Shown in pieces: positions 9,094 to 19,152 of a DNA stretch of 32,000 bases. Made by a program: the position numbers and the translations under genes. Source of the DNA: an uncultured Erysipelotrichaceae bacterium (GTDB lineage Bacteria; Bacillota_I; Bacilli_A; Erysipelotrichales; Erysipelotrichaceae); assembly GCA_942492995.1 (NCBI GenBank), contig OW818653.1:1410001-1442000 (forward strand), in the 5' to 3' direction. The notes under the pieces are model-generated. The model saw nothing but the letters and a program-made list of their open reading frames with translations. It was not told the origin of the DNA and ran no database searches. Within the stretch, counting starts at the first letter, position 1; each line of letters begins with the position of its first letter.

Positions 9094-10014
9094 TTAATCC
9101 GCAAAATGATTTATTTTATGGATATCCTGAATGGTTTCTCCACTCACAATTCCAACTAATTCAAACGTACTCTTCTGAGGATCATAGACATATTCTTTGA
9201 GTAGTCTAAAGTGTTTAATTTGCCCTGTATGATTTACATGCGTTCGAGGTCCTGTACAATATTGATCAATGATTTCACCTATTTTGATGTGGGTTGAATC
9301 ATGATAACTTATTGTTAGATCCTGCTTAATATATGCCTTAACTTTCTTTTCTAATACCGATATTGAAACCTTAGGTTTCTTATTGAAGGATAATATGAAT
9401 CCATGTTTAACATCCCCATGACCATCACACACAATCCCGTAATCACTTTCTAATACATGAACCAATAAATCTTCTGCACTATGTGCCATTCTTCGATAAT
9501 TGATTGATTTATAAACCGTTGTTTTAATATCTTCTGGAACAGGTCCAAACAAATTCGGACGCGATACAATAACCTCTTCTCCTATTCCAATTAGCAAATC
9601 CGCATTTACTTTCAAGTATGGAAATAGATCATCAAAATGTTCAATAATGACTCTTTTCTTATTTAATACTGCAAGATTTACAGCTTCTACCAATAAATAC
9701 ATCTGCGTAAACGCTGTTTCAAAGCGTATATCAATATGGTAGGTATGTGATTTAAAATTCAATTGTCCATAATCACGCATAAGAGGTGAAGGACGACTGT
9801 TAATTCCATCATCATCATTGGTTAACTCTAATCCTGGAAACATACCTTTTATGAAAAGTGATTTTCCACTACCCGCATCCCCGATTAATCCAATTATCTT
9901 ATCGTTGGGTAATAGGTATTTCTGACTCACTTGATTCCCAAGATTTTGCATACGAACACTTCCTCTTGGGGCAAAGTATGTCGCATATCTAAATTGTTCG
10001 ATGCTTAAAGTCAT
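9094..10014 (-). CDS. Uncharacterised P-loop protein with a C-terminal AlaRS/ThrRS second-additional-domain-like segment
   Basis: 306 aa, first gene of the operon, with an AGGAG RBS at 10021-10025. Walker A GDAGSGKS at aa 45-52, and a possible Walker [10 protein letters not shown]. The C-terminal [20 protein letters not shown] resembles the C-x-x-x-H...TG-x-I-x-x-F motif of the tRNA_SAD domain, preceded by HGDVKH. Confidence 0.6.
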   Translation of the reverse strand: MTLSIEQFRYATYFAPRGSVRMQNLGNQVSQKYLLPNDKIIGLIGDAGSGKSLFIKGMFPGLELTNDDDGINSRPSPLMRDYGQLNFKSHTYHIDIRFETAFTQMYLLVEAVNLAVLNKKRVIIEHFDDLFPYLKVNADLLIGIGEEVIVSRPNLFGPVPEDIKTTVYKSINYRRMAHSAEDLLVHVLESDYGIVCDGHGDVKHGFILSFNKKPKVSISVLEKKVKAYIKQDLTISYHDSTHIKIGEIIDQYCTGPRTHVNHTGQIKHFRLLKEYVYDPQKSTFELVGIVSGETIQDIHKINHFAD

Positions 10015-10030
10015 GTTTATCTCCTAATAA

Positions 10031-10062
10031 ACAAAAATGATGCGAGAAAAATCGCATCATTT
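10031..10062 (-). terminator. Strong intrinsic terminator/attenuator hairpin immediately upstream of the glutamate mutase operon RBS
   Basis: The minus strand reads AAATGATGCGA-TTTTTC-TCGCATCATTT followed by TTGTTTATT (11-bp stem at 10035-10045 / 10052-10062). It is about 125 nt downstream of the malic enzyme stop and about 9 nt upstream of the AGGAG of the 9094-10014 gene. Confidence 0.6.
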
Positions 10063-10185
10063 GCTTAGTTTATATTATGTCGTAAAATTGGTTCAGATTT
10101 TGTGTCATGAAGGATAAATTCATAGAATTATATTATTTCTATCTACTATAAGCATACACTATTTCACTTAAGTTTGCGTTTCAAA

Positions 10186-11362
10186 TTATGATTTTCGAAC
10201 ACATCCTGATGCGATTGCGACATCTTTTACAGCTTGACTAACGACATCCTTAACACGTTTATCAAATACACTTGGAATAATGTAATCTGGACTAAGTTCT
10301 TCTATTTGGATAAGACTTGATAGACCATATGCGGCAGCTTTTTTCATCTCTTCTGTGATTTGCGTTGCCTTTGCGTCCAGTGCGCCTCTAAACAAACCAG
10401 GGAATGCGAGCACATTATTGACTTGATTTGGATAATCACTTCGTCCTGTCGCAATGATATACGCTCCAGCTTCTTTCGCATCTTCATAACTTATTTCAGG
10501 TTCTGGATTCGCTAATGCGAATACAATGGAAAGTTTATTCATACTTTGAATCATCGCTTTACTAACAAGTTTAGGAGCAGATACACCAATAAACACATCC
10601 GCATTTAACATCGCTTCTTGAAGTGTAACATTAAGTTGATTTGGATTTGTAAATTCACTGAGTTCTTGAACTAAGAAATCGGTGTGTTCTTCTTTTCGAA
10701 TAATTCCTTCTTTTCTAAATCCTAAGATATTTACAACACCTAAATCTCTTAACATAAACATGATTGAACTACCGGCTGCGCCAGCACCACTTACCACAAC
10801 TTTTAATTCTTTGAGTTCTTTCTTAATTAATTTTAATGCGTTAATTAGTCCAGCCGCTACGACAATCGCTGTTCCGTGTTGATCGTCATGGAAAACTGGA
10901 ATACTTAAAGTACGTTTAAGTTCTCTTTCAATTTGTACACATCTAGGCGCAGAAATATCTTCTAGGTTGATCCCTCCAAAACTTGGAGCTAATGCCTTAC
11001 AGATGCGAATGATTTCATCTGGGTCTTTTGTGTCTAATGCGATTGGGACTGCGTCAATATCTGCGAACGATTTGAATAATGCACATTTACCTTCCATAAC
11101 AGGTAAGCTTGCATGAGGTCCTATATCACCTAAACCTAGCACAGCAGTTCCGTCAGTAATAACCGCAACGGTATTCCCTTTCCAGGTATAGTCATAGACG
11201 GATTCTGGATTACGATGGATTTCGCGACATGGTTCCGCAACACCTGGTGTATAGGCTAAGCTTAGTTCTTCTTTATTGGTAATTGGCGCATTTAATTCAA
11301 TACGTAATTTACCCTCGCCATGCTTTATGTGCGATGAGTGATTTTTGATAAATATCTGACAT
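10186..11362 (-). pseudogene. NAD(P)-dependent malic enzyme (short MaeA/YtsJ type) interrupted by a 1-nt frameshift near codon 14
   Basis: The ORF track reports only 10186-11142, starting at an internal GTG. The same frame is open up to 11376 and encodes ...HGEGKLRIELNAPITNKEELSLAYTPGVAEPCREIHRNPESVYDYTWKGNTVAVITDGTAVLGLGDIG, the conserved malic enzyme N-terminus, but has no ATG/GTG/TTG. An ATG at 11362, 1 nt after the upstream stop, encodes MSDIYQKSLIAHKAWRG* in the adjacent frame, with its stop at 11309-11311. Removing one nt around 11323-11326 gives MSDIYQKSLIAHKHGEGKL..., a normal malic enzyme start. Confidence 0.8.
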
Positions 11363-11363
11363 G

Positions 11364-11921
11364 TTAATCCAACTCTCTATATTTCGCTTGTTCAATTTCG
11401 TATAAGTTATTTCCATAGGCATCAATCACGACAATTGCGGGAAAATCTTTAACCCAAAAACGGTGAATTGCCTCAGGACCTAAGTCTTCATAACATAGGA
11501 TTTCACTTCCCATAATACTTTTCGAGATCATTGCGCCAAGTCCACCAATTGCCGCAAAGTAAACACATTGGTGCTTTTTCATCGCATTGATAACTTCAAC
11601 ACTTCGATTTCCTTTGCCTATCATTCCTTTTAAACCTTTTTCAATTAAGATTGGGGCATATTTATCCATACGATAACTTGATGTAGGTCCAGCTGAACCT
11701 ACCGCAACACCTGGTTTACTTGGAGCTGGTCCAACATAATAGATGACTTCTCCTTCTAGTTTGATAGGTAATTGTTGATGGTTTTTAATCGCATCAAATA
11801 ATCTTTGATGAGCCGCATCTCTTCCTGTAATCATCGTTCCTGATAATAAGACACTCTCACCAGCTTTTAGTGATAGAATCGTCTCATTATCTAAAGGTAA
11901 TTGTATTTTTCTTTCTTCCAT
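11364..11921 (-). CDS. Fe-S type (class I-like) fumarate hydratase/hydro-lyase, beta subunit; candidate mesaconase subunit
   Basis: 185 aa. ...LSGTMITGRDAAHQRL...YYVGPAPSKPG...GPTSSYRMD... is typical of the tartrate/fumarate-subfamily beta chain. Confidence 0.88.
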   Translation of the reverse strand: MEERKIQLPLDNETILSLKAGESVLLSGTMITGRDAAHQRLFDAIKNHQQLPIKLEGEVIYYVGPAPSKPGVAVGSAGPTSSYRMDKYAPILIEKGLKGMIGKGNRSVEVINAMKKHQCVYFAAIGGLGAMISKSIMGSEILCYEDLGPEAIHRFWVKDFPAIVVIDAYGNNLYEIEQAKYRELD

Positions 11922-11929
11922 TTCTTCTC

Positions 11930-12775
11930 CTAGAGTTCAATAGACGCATGTCGAGATGCATGACAGCTTATATTGATAGCGACTGGTATTGAGGCAATAT
12001 GTGTAGGATAGACTTCGATATTAATCGCAAATGCGGTAGTTAAACCACCAAGTCCCGCAGGTCCTATCCCTGTTTTATTTATTTTTGTGAGTAATTCTTC
12101 TTCTAGTGCTCGATAACGCGGGTCAGGATGTGGATGATCGGTTCCTCTTAACACTGCTTTTTTCGCAATTAAACTTGCGTATTCGAATGTTCCACCAATT
12201 CCAACTCCGACAATCATGGGTGGGCATGCATTCGGTCCAGCTTTTTCTACCGCTTCTACAATAAATTGTTTTACACCTTCAATCCCAACAGATGGCGCAA
12301 ACATTTTTAGTGTACTCATATTCTCACTTCCAAATCCTTTAGGCATGACTTCAATATGTATTTTATCCCCAGGCACAATCATTGTATGGATTACTGCAGG
12401 TGTATTATCTTTTGTATTAACTCGATCAAACAATGGATCTCTAACCACCGATTTGCGAAGATATCCTTCTTGGTATGCTTGTCTTACACCTTCATGAATC
12501 GCATCATTAAGGTATGTACCTTCAATATGTACATCTTGTCCAATATCGATAAAAACGACGGACATTCCAGTATCTTGGCAAATTGCAATACCTTCTTTTT
12601 TAGCGAGTGTATTATTTTCATAAATCTTTTCTAGGATTGATTTCCCTAACTGTGATTTCTCTTTATTCATCGCATCTTCTATTGTCTTGAAAACTGAATC
12701 GCCAATATCAAAATTAGCTTGTATAAATAAGTCTTTTACAGCTTGAGTGATTTCTGTTGATTGAATGGTGCGCAT
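11930..12775 (-). CDS. Fe-S type (class I-like) fumarate hydratase/hydro-lyase, alpha subunit; candidate mesaconase subunit
   Basis: 281 aa. ...IAICQDTGMSVVFIDIG... and ...CPPMIVGVGIGGTFE... are typical of the alpha chain. First gene of the fumarase/malic-enzyme operon. Confidence 0.88.
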   Translation of the reverse strand: MRTIQSTEITQAVKDLFIQANFDIGDSVFKTIEDAMNKEKSQLGKSILEKIYENNTLAKKEGIAICQDTGMSVVFIDIGQDVHIEGTYLNDAIHEGVRQAYQEGYLRKSVVRDPLFDRVNTKDNTPAVIHTMIVPGDKIHIEVMPKGFGSENMSTLKMFAPSVGIEGVKQFIVEAVEKAGPNACPPMIVGVGIGGTFEYASLIAKKAVLRGTDHPHPDPRYRALEEELLTKINKTGIGPAGLGGLTTAFAINIEVYPTHIASIPVAINISCHASRHASIEL

Positions 12776-12813
12776 GTTACTCCTCGTTATTGTTTAATCG
12801 AATCGTCATATAG

Positions 12814-12842
12814 ATTGTACCTTTTGTGAGGGTGGTAAACAA
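12814..12842 (-). promoter_or_regulatory. Sigma-A-type promoter candidate for the fumarase/malic enzyme operon
   Basis: Minus strand: TTGTTT (12842-12837), 17-nt spacer, TACAAT (12819-14), about 40 nt upstream of the ATG at 12775. Confidence 0.4.
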
Positions 12843-12863
12843 GACACCTCTGTATTGCGTTGA

Positions 12864-12893
12864 TTAACATTTATCTAATTTTATCGATATAAT
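12864..12893 (+). promoter_or_regulatory. Sigma-A-type promoter candidate for the GNAT/NTF2 gene pair
   Basis: TTAACA (12864-12869), 18-nt spacer, TATAAT (12888-12893), 20 nt upstream of the ATG at 12914. Confidence 0.4.
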
Positions 12894-12913
12894 ACTTTTA
12901 TAAAGAGGTACTA

Positions 12914-13351
12914 ATGGAATCAATTGAAATACGTGATTATACGATTAATGATTTGAATCGGTGTCGAGAGATTTTGTATGATGTACAAATGAATGATTTT
13001 AAATGGGTTGATAATTCTACTATTAGATTAGATAATTTTGATCATATAACCGAAGGTGAAAAAGTATTTGTGGCATGCATTAACGATAAAGTTGTCGCAT
13101 TTATGTCAGTATGGGAAATCGATTATTTTCTGCATAGTTTATATATTGATAAACAGTATCGTAGACATGGGATTGGTAAAGCATTGATTCATTTTCTATT
13201 AGATTATTATAAACATCCGTTTACATTGAAATGTGTAATGGAAAACACAAAAGCATTATCGTTTTATTTATCCTTAGGATGGGTTATATATAAAGAAGAG
13301 TTAGGAAATGATGGACCTTATTATCTAATTGGATCTAACCCTATAAAATAA
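12914..13351 (+). CDS. GNAT family N-acetyltransferase
   Basis: 145 aa. YIDKQYRRHGIGKALI matches the acetyl-CoA binding Q/R-x-x-G-x-G/A motif. AGAGG RBS. Confidence 0.8.
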   Translation: MESIEIRDYTINDLNRCREILYDVQMNDFKWVDNSTIRLDNFDHITEGEKVFVACINDKVVAFMSVWEIDYFLHSLYIDKQYRRHGIGKALIHFLLDYYKHPFTLKCVMENTKALSFYLSLGWVIYKEELGNDGPYYLIGSNPIK

Positions 13352-13361
13352 GGAGATGATT

Positions 13362-13787
13362 ATGCATACAGTCAATGAACTTTTAGAGAATTATCAAAGT
13401 GCAGTACTTGAGAAGAATGTCGATAGATTTATCTCCATGTATGATTCAAATGTACATATTTTCGATAGTTGGAGTAAATGGAATATTATCGGTAGTATTG
13501 CATGGCGTAAACAAGTTGAAGATTGGTTTGCGGTTTTACAACGTGATAACTCAACCCTTCGTGTTAGTTATGAAGATTGTGTTATCTATGAAAATGGTGA
13601 TTTAGCATCTATCCATACCAATATACGATTCTCTGAATATAATTCAAATAAGATTGAGTTTAGACATCTTACGAATCGTTTTACATTTATCCTAAAGAAG
13701 GTTGATTCAAATTGGAGAATTGTTCATGAACATTCTTCATTACCAATCAATCCTGATGATGGGACTGGTATTTTTAATCTAAAGTAA
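13362..13787 (+). CDS. NTF2-fold (SnoaL-like/DUF4440-like) protein
   Basis: The ORF-track start is 13356. The second ATG at 13362 has better spacing from the AAGGAG. The length and the ...WRIVHEHSS... C-terminus are typical of SnoaL/DUF4440-type proteins. Confidence 0.6.
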   Translation: MHTVNELLENYQSAVLEKNVDRFISMYDSNVHIFDSWSKWNIIGSIAWRKQVEDWFAVLQRDNSTLRVSYEDCVIYENGDLASIHTNIRFSEYNSNKIEFRHLTNRFTFILKKVDSNWRIVHEHSSLPINPDDGTGIFNLK

Positions 13788-13813
13788 AAAGAAGCGTGAG
13801 CTTCTTTATTTTG
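13788..13813 (+). terminator. Rho-independent terminator
   Basis: AAAGAAGC-GTGA-GCTTCTTT followed by ATTTTG, directly after the stop at 13785-13787. Confidence 0.6.
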
Positions 13814-13872
13814 AGTATAATTTTCGCTTATAGTTTCTATTAGAATCTGCTTTTTAGATTGTATAAATTCTA

Positions 13873-13901
13873 TTGAATTTCACAAATGCGTTTGATAAAC
13901 T
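13873..13901 (+). promoter_or_regulatory. Promoter candidate for the 3-hydroxyacyl-CoA dehydrogenase gene
   Basis: TTGAAT (13873-78), 17-nt spacer ending in TGa (extended -10), TAAACT (13896-13901). Confidence 0.4.
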
Positions 13902-13944
13902 TAAATAAAGAAAACGCTTACATCACTAAAAAGGAGATTTGTTA

Positions 13945-14874
13945 ATGATTAAAAAAGTATCTATTGCGGGAGCAGGGACGATGGGCGCATCAATTGCGCA
14001 AACATTTGCCTTATTCGGTTATGATGTGACTGTGTATGATATTTATGAAACTGCGCTTGAAAAGGCAAAACGTCTTGTAGATATTAATCAAGAAACATGG
14101 ATTAATGCAGGAATTGTCACTTCAGAAAAGTCATTAGAATTGAAAGAAAGAATTTCGTATACAAATGATATTAACTCATTTAGTACCTGTGATTTTCTTA
14201 TAGAAGCCATATTAGAGAACATCGATGTTAAACATAAATTCTGGGGAGAAGTATCTAAGATTGTTAGACCTGATGCCATATTATGCAGTAATACTTCTGG
14301 ATTAAGCATTACACGTATTGCGGAAGCTGTTGAACATCCAGATCGATTTGCAGGTATGCATTGGATGAACCCTCCTCACATCATTCCATTAATTGAAGTT
14401 ATACAAGGTAAATTGACGAGTGATGATACCATCCAAGTTGTATATGATTTAGCATTAGCCTTAAATAAGAAACCAGTAAAAGTTAAAGATGCGCCAAGTT
14501 TTGTGCTAAATCGTCTTCAACAAGCCATCTTACGAGAAGCACTTTATATTGTTCAAGAAGGTATTACTACACCAGAAGGTGTTGATGATGTCATGAAATA
14601 TGCATTAGGATTTAGATATGCAGCATTTGGACCATTTGAAATTTGCGATCTTGGAGGTTTAGATATTCACAACAACATCTCAAAGTATACTTTCCCAGAT
14701 TTATGTGACGCTAAAGAACCTTTTGGGCTTATAAAAGAATGTGTTGATAATAATCGATTAGGTGTTAAGAATGGCGCAGGCTTCTATGATTATTCTAATG
14801 GTAGGGATGAAGAGGTAATACGCTATCGTGATAAGATGTTTACTAAATTAGCTAAAACATTGTTTGAAGAATAG
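13945..14874 (+). CDS. 3-hydroxyacyl-CoA (3-hydroxybutyryl-CoA-type) dehydrogenase family protein
   Basis: The track starts at a TTG at 13939. The ATG at 13945 (MIKKVSIAGAGTMGASIAQ...) lies 8 nt after AAGGAG. It has the GxGxxG NAD fold plus the C-terminal 3HCDH domain pattern (...NRLQQAILREALYIV...). Confidence 0.85.
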   Translation: MIKKVSIAGAGTMGASIAQTFALFGYDVTVYDIYETALEKAKRLVDINQETWINAGIVTSEKSLELKERISYTNDINSFSTCDFLIEAILENIDVKHKFWGEVSKIVRPDAILCSNTSGLSITRIAEAVEHPDRFAGMHWMNPPHIIPLIEVIQGKLTSDDTIQVVYDLALALNKKPVKVKDAPSFVLNRLQQAILREALYIVQEGITTPEGVDDVMKYALGFRYAAFGPFEICDLGGLDIHNNISKYTFPDLCDAKEPFGLIKECVDNNRLGVKNGAGFYDYSNGRDEEVIRYRDKMFTKLAKTLFEE

Positions 14875-14896
14875 AAAAGCGAGAAAATTCTCGCTT

Positions 14897-14898
<2 letters not shown>
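14875..14898. terminator. Bidirectional terminator between convergent genes
   Basis: AAAAGCGAGA-AAAT-TCTCGCTTTT, a perfect hairpin flanked by A and T runs. It overlaps the stop codon of the GH1 gene (14897-14899). Confidence 0.65.
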
Positions 14899-17582
<2,684 letters not shown>

Positions 17583-17627
17583 TCATTTCTCCAAGTTAGT
17601 AAACTTTGTTTATAAAAACATATGATT

Positions 17628-17655
17628 AGTATACTACTTAGAGCTAACTCTAAGT
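17628..17655. promoter_or_regulatory. Paired palindromes in the divergent MFS/dioxygenase intergenic region (candidate operator)
   Basis: AGTATACT (17628-35, a perfect palindrome) is immediately followed by ACTTAGAG-CTAA-CTCTAAGT (17636-55, a perfect 8-bp inverted repeat). Confidence 0.3.
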
Positions 17656-17702
17656 CAAGATATATTTCACAAACCATAGCTGGGCATATCATTTGATAAT
17701 AG

Positions 17703-17714
17703 TTCGAATTCGAA
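17703..17714. promoter_or_regulatory. 12-bp perfect palindrome TTCGAATTCGAA upstream of the dioxygenase-MarR-esterase operon (candidate MarR operator)
   Basis: Perfect dyad 33 nt upstream of the ATG at 17747, just downstream of a GATAAT -10-like hexamer (17695-17700). A MarR regulator is encoded in the operon. Confidence 0.3.
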
Positions 17715-17746
17715 TTATTATTGACTTACATTTAAAGGAGATAAAC

Positions 17747-18739
17747 ATGAAACAATTAAATGGTATACATCATGTCACTGCGATCACAAGTAGTGCGGAA
17801 AAAAATTATGCATTTTTCACCAATATCCTAGGCATGCGTCTAGTTAAAAAGACTGTTAATCAAGATGATATTAATACCTATCACTTATTCTTTGCGGATG
17901 ATCGTGGAAATGCTGGAACAGATGTGACATTCTTTGACTTTAGAGGAATCAATAAAGCAGTCAAAGGTACAAATGAAATATCGCGTATCGGACTAAGAGT
18001 TAAGGATGACGCATCACTTGAATACTGGGTTAAACGCTTTAATCACTTTAAGGTTAAACATGAACCGATAACGCAACTATTCGGTAAGAACGTATTATTT
18101 TTCAATGATTTTGATGATCAAGAATATGCATTATTCTCAGATGAAACCAATGTTGGGATAGAATCTGGTACACCTTGGTTAAATGGTCCAGTTCCTGTTG
18201 AGTTTGGAATTACTGGATTAGGTCCAATCTTCTTTAGGGTTAAGCTAATCGACACAATGAAAAAAGTATTGGAAGATGTGATGGGGATGCGTTATACCAA
18301 CAAAGAAAACCAATATACTTTGTATGAAATGGGATTGGGTGGTAATGGTGCTAGTGTTATTCTTGATAACCAACCTTTATTGCAGGATGCCTATCAAGGA
18401 TATGGTGGCGTTCATCATGTTGCGTTTAGAGTAGATGACACAACAGATATTGATTTATGGATTAAGCAATTAAACGCTATTCGAGCAAGTCATTCAGGTT
18501 TTGTGGATCGATTCTATTTTAAATCACTTTACACACGCTTATATCCTGGTATCCTATTTGAGTTCGCGACTGAAGGTCCTGGATTTATTGATGATGAAGA
18601 ACCGTATGAAATTCTTGGTGAGAAACTTGCTTTACCACCTAAATTTAGAAATAAGCGTGAGTACATTGAATCGATTGTGAGACCGATTGATACGGTAAGA
18701 AGTACGAAACACTATCCAAAGGAGTATTTCAATGAATAA
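17747..18739 (+). CDS. VOC/glyoxalase-family ring-cleaving dioxygenase (MhqA/MhqE/MhqO-like)
   Basis: The track starts at a TTG at 17693. The ATG at 17747 (MKQLNGIHHVTAITSSAEKNYAFFTNILGMRLVKKTVNQDD...YHLFF) follows AAAGGAG. A second VOC repeat carries GGVHHVAFRV. Confidence 0.85.
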   Translation: MKQLNGIHHVTAITSSAEKNYAFFTNILGMRLVKKTVNQDDINTYHLFFADDRGNAGTDVTFFDFRGINKAVKGTNEISRIGLRVKDDASLEYWVKRFNHFKVKHEPITQLFGKNVLFFNDFDDQEYALFSDETNVGIESGTPWLNGPVPVEFGITGLGPIFFRVKLIDTMKKVLEDVMGMRYTNKENQYTLYEMGLGGNGASVILDNQPLLQDAYQGYGGVHHVAFRVDDTTDIDLWIKQLNAIRASHSGFVDRFYFKSLYTRLYPGILFEFATEGPGFIDDEEPYEILGEKLALPPKFRNKREYIESIVRPIDTVRSTKHYPKEYFNE

Positions 18740-19151
18740 TGATTTGAAAACAGTAACGGTATTATTTCGTGCAACAAATACAATTCAAAAAATAATCTTA
18801 GAGGATGTGTCACAGTATGGTTTGAATCCATCGGAATTTGGTGCACTTGAAGTCTTGTATCATAAAGGTCCTCAATCTGTTCAAACAATTTGTGATAAGG
18901 TCTTAATCGCTTCATCAAGCATGAGTTATGTGATTGAGAATTTAGTTAAGAAGGACTATATTACAAAAGTTAAACATACGGAAGATAAACGTGTACATAT
19001 TGTACATTTAACAGATAGTGGTAGAACATTAATGGAAGAGATTTATCCAAGACATGTCGAGAAATTACGGAATGTGATTAACATCTTAGAAGCGGATGAA
19101 GAAATCATCTTACAAGATTTACTTAAAAAATTAGGCAAACAAGGAGTTTAA
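18732..19151 (+). CDS. MarR family transcriptional regulator (MhqR-like by context)
   Basis: 139 aa with a winged-HTH pattern (...GPQSVQTICDKVLIASSSMSYVIENLVKKDYITK...EDKRVHIVHLTDSG). AAGGAG RBS. 8-nt overlap with the upstream gene. Confidence 0.85.
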   Translation: MNNDLKTVTVLFRATNTIQKIILEDVSQYGLNPSEFGALEVLYHKGPQSVQTICDKVLIASSSMSYVIENLVKKDYITKVKHTEDKRVHIVHLTDSGRTLMEEIYPRHVEKLRNVINILEADEEIILQDLLKKLGKQGV

Positions 19152-19152
19152 T

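Noticed and set aside
10015-10185. Cobalamin riboswitch upstream of the B12-dependent glutamate mutase operon
   Set aside because: I looked for the GC-rich B12-box-like core on the minus strand and found nothing resembling it. The spacer is very AT-rich and too short for a typical cobalamin aptamer plus promoter. I kept it only as an unclassified attenuator candidate.
10186-11142. ORF-track version of the malic enzyme as a 318-aa protein starting MLGLGDIG
   Set aside because: The M is an internal GTG (Val in ...TAVLGLGDIG...). The frame stays open and keeps encoding conserved malic enzyme N-terminal sequence for 73 more codons upstream without any start codon. The better interpretation is a frameshifted full-length gene starting at 11362.
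12216-12634. Two overlapping plus-strand ORFs (93 and 92 aa)
   Set aside because: They are shadow ORFs antisense to the fumarate hydratase alpha-subunit gene. There is no RBS and the sequences look non-protein-like.
17701-17716. GTTCGAAT, a T-loop-like sequence suggesting a tRNA
   Set aside because: No acceptor, D or anticodon stems can be drawn around it. The sequence is part of the perfect palindrome TTCGAATTCGAA in a promoter region, so an operator is the more plausible reading.
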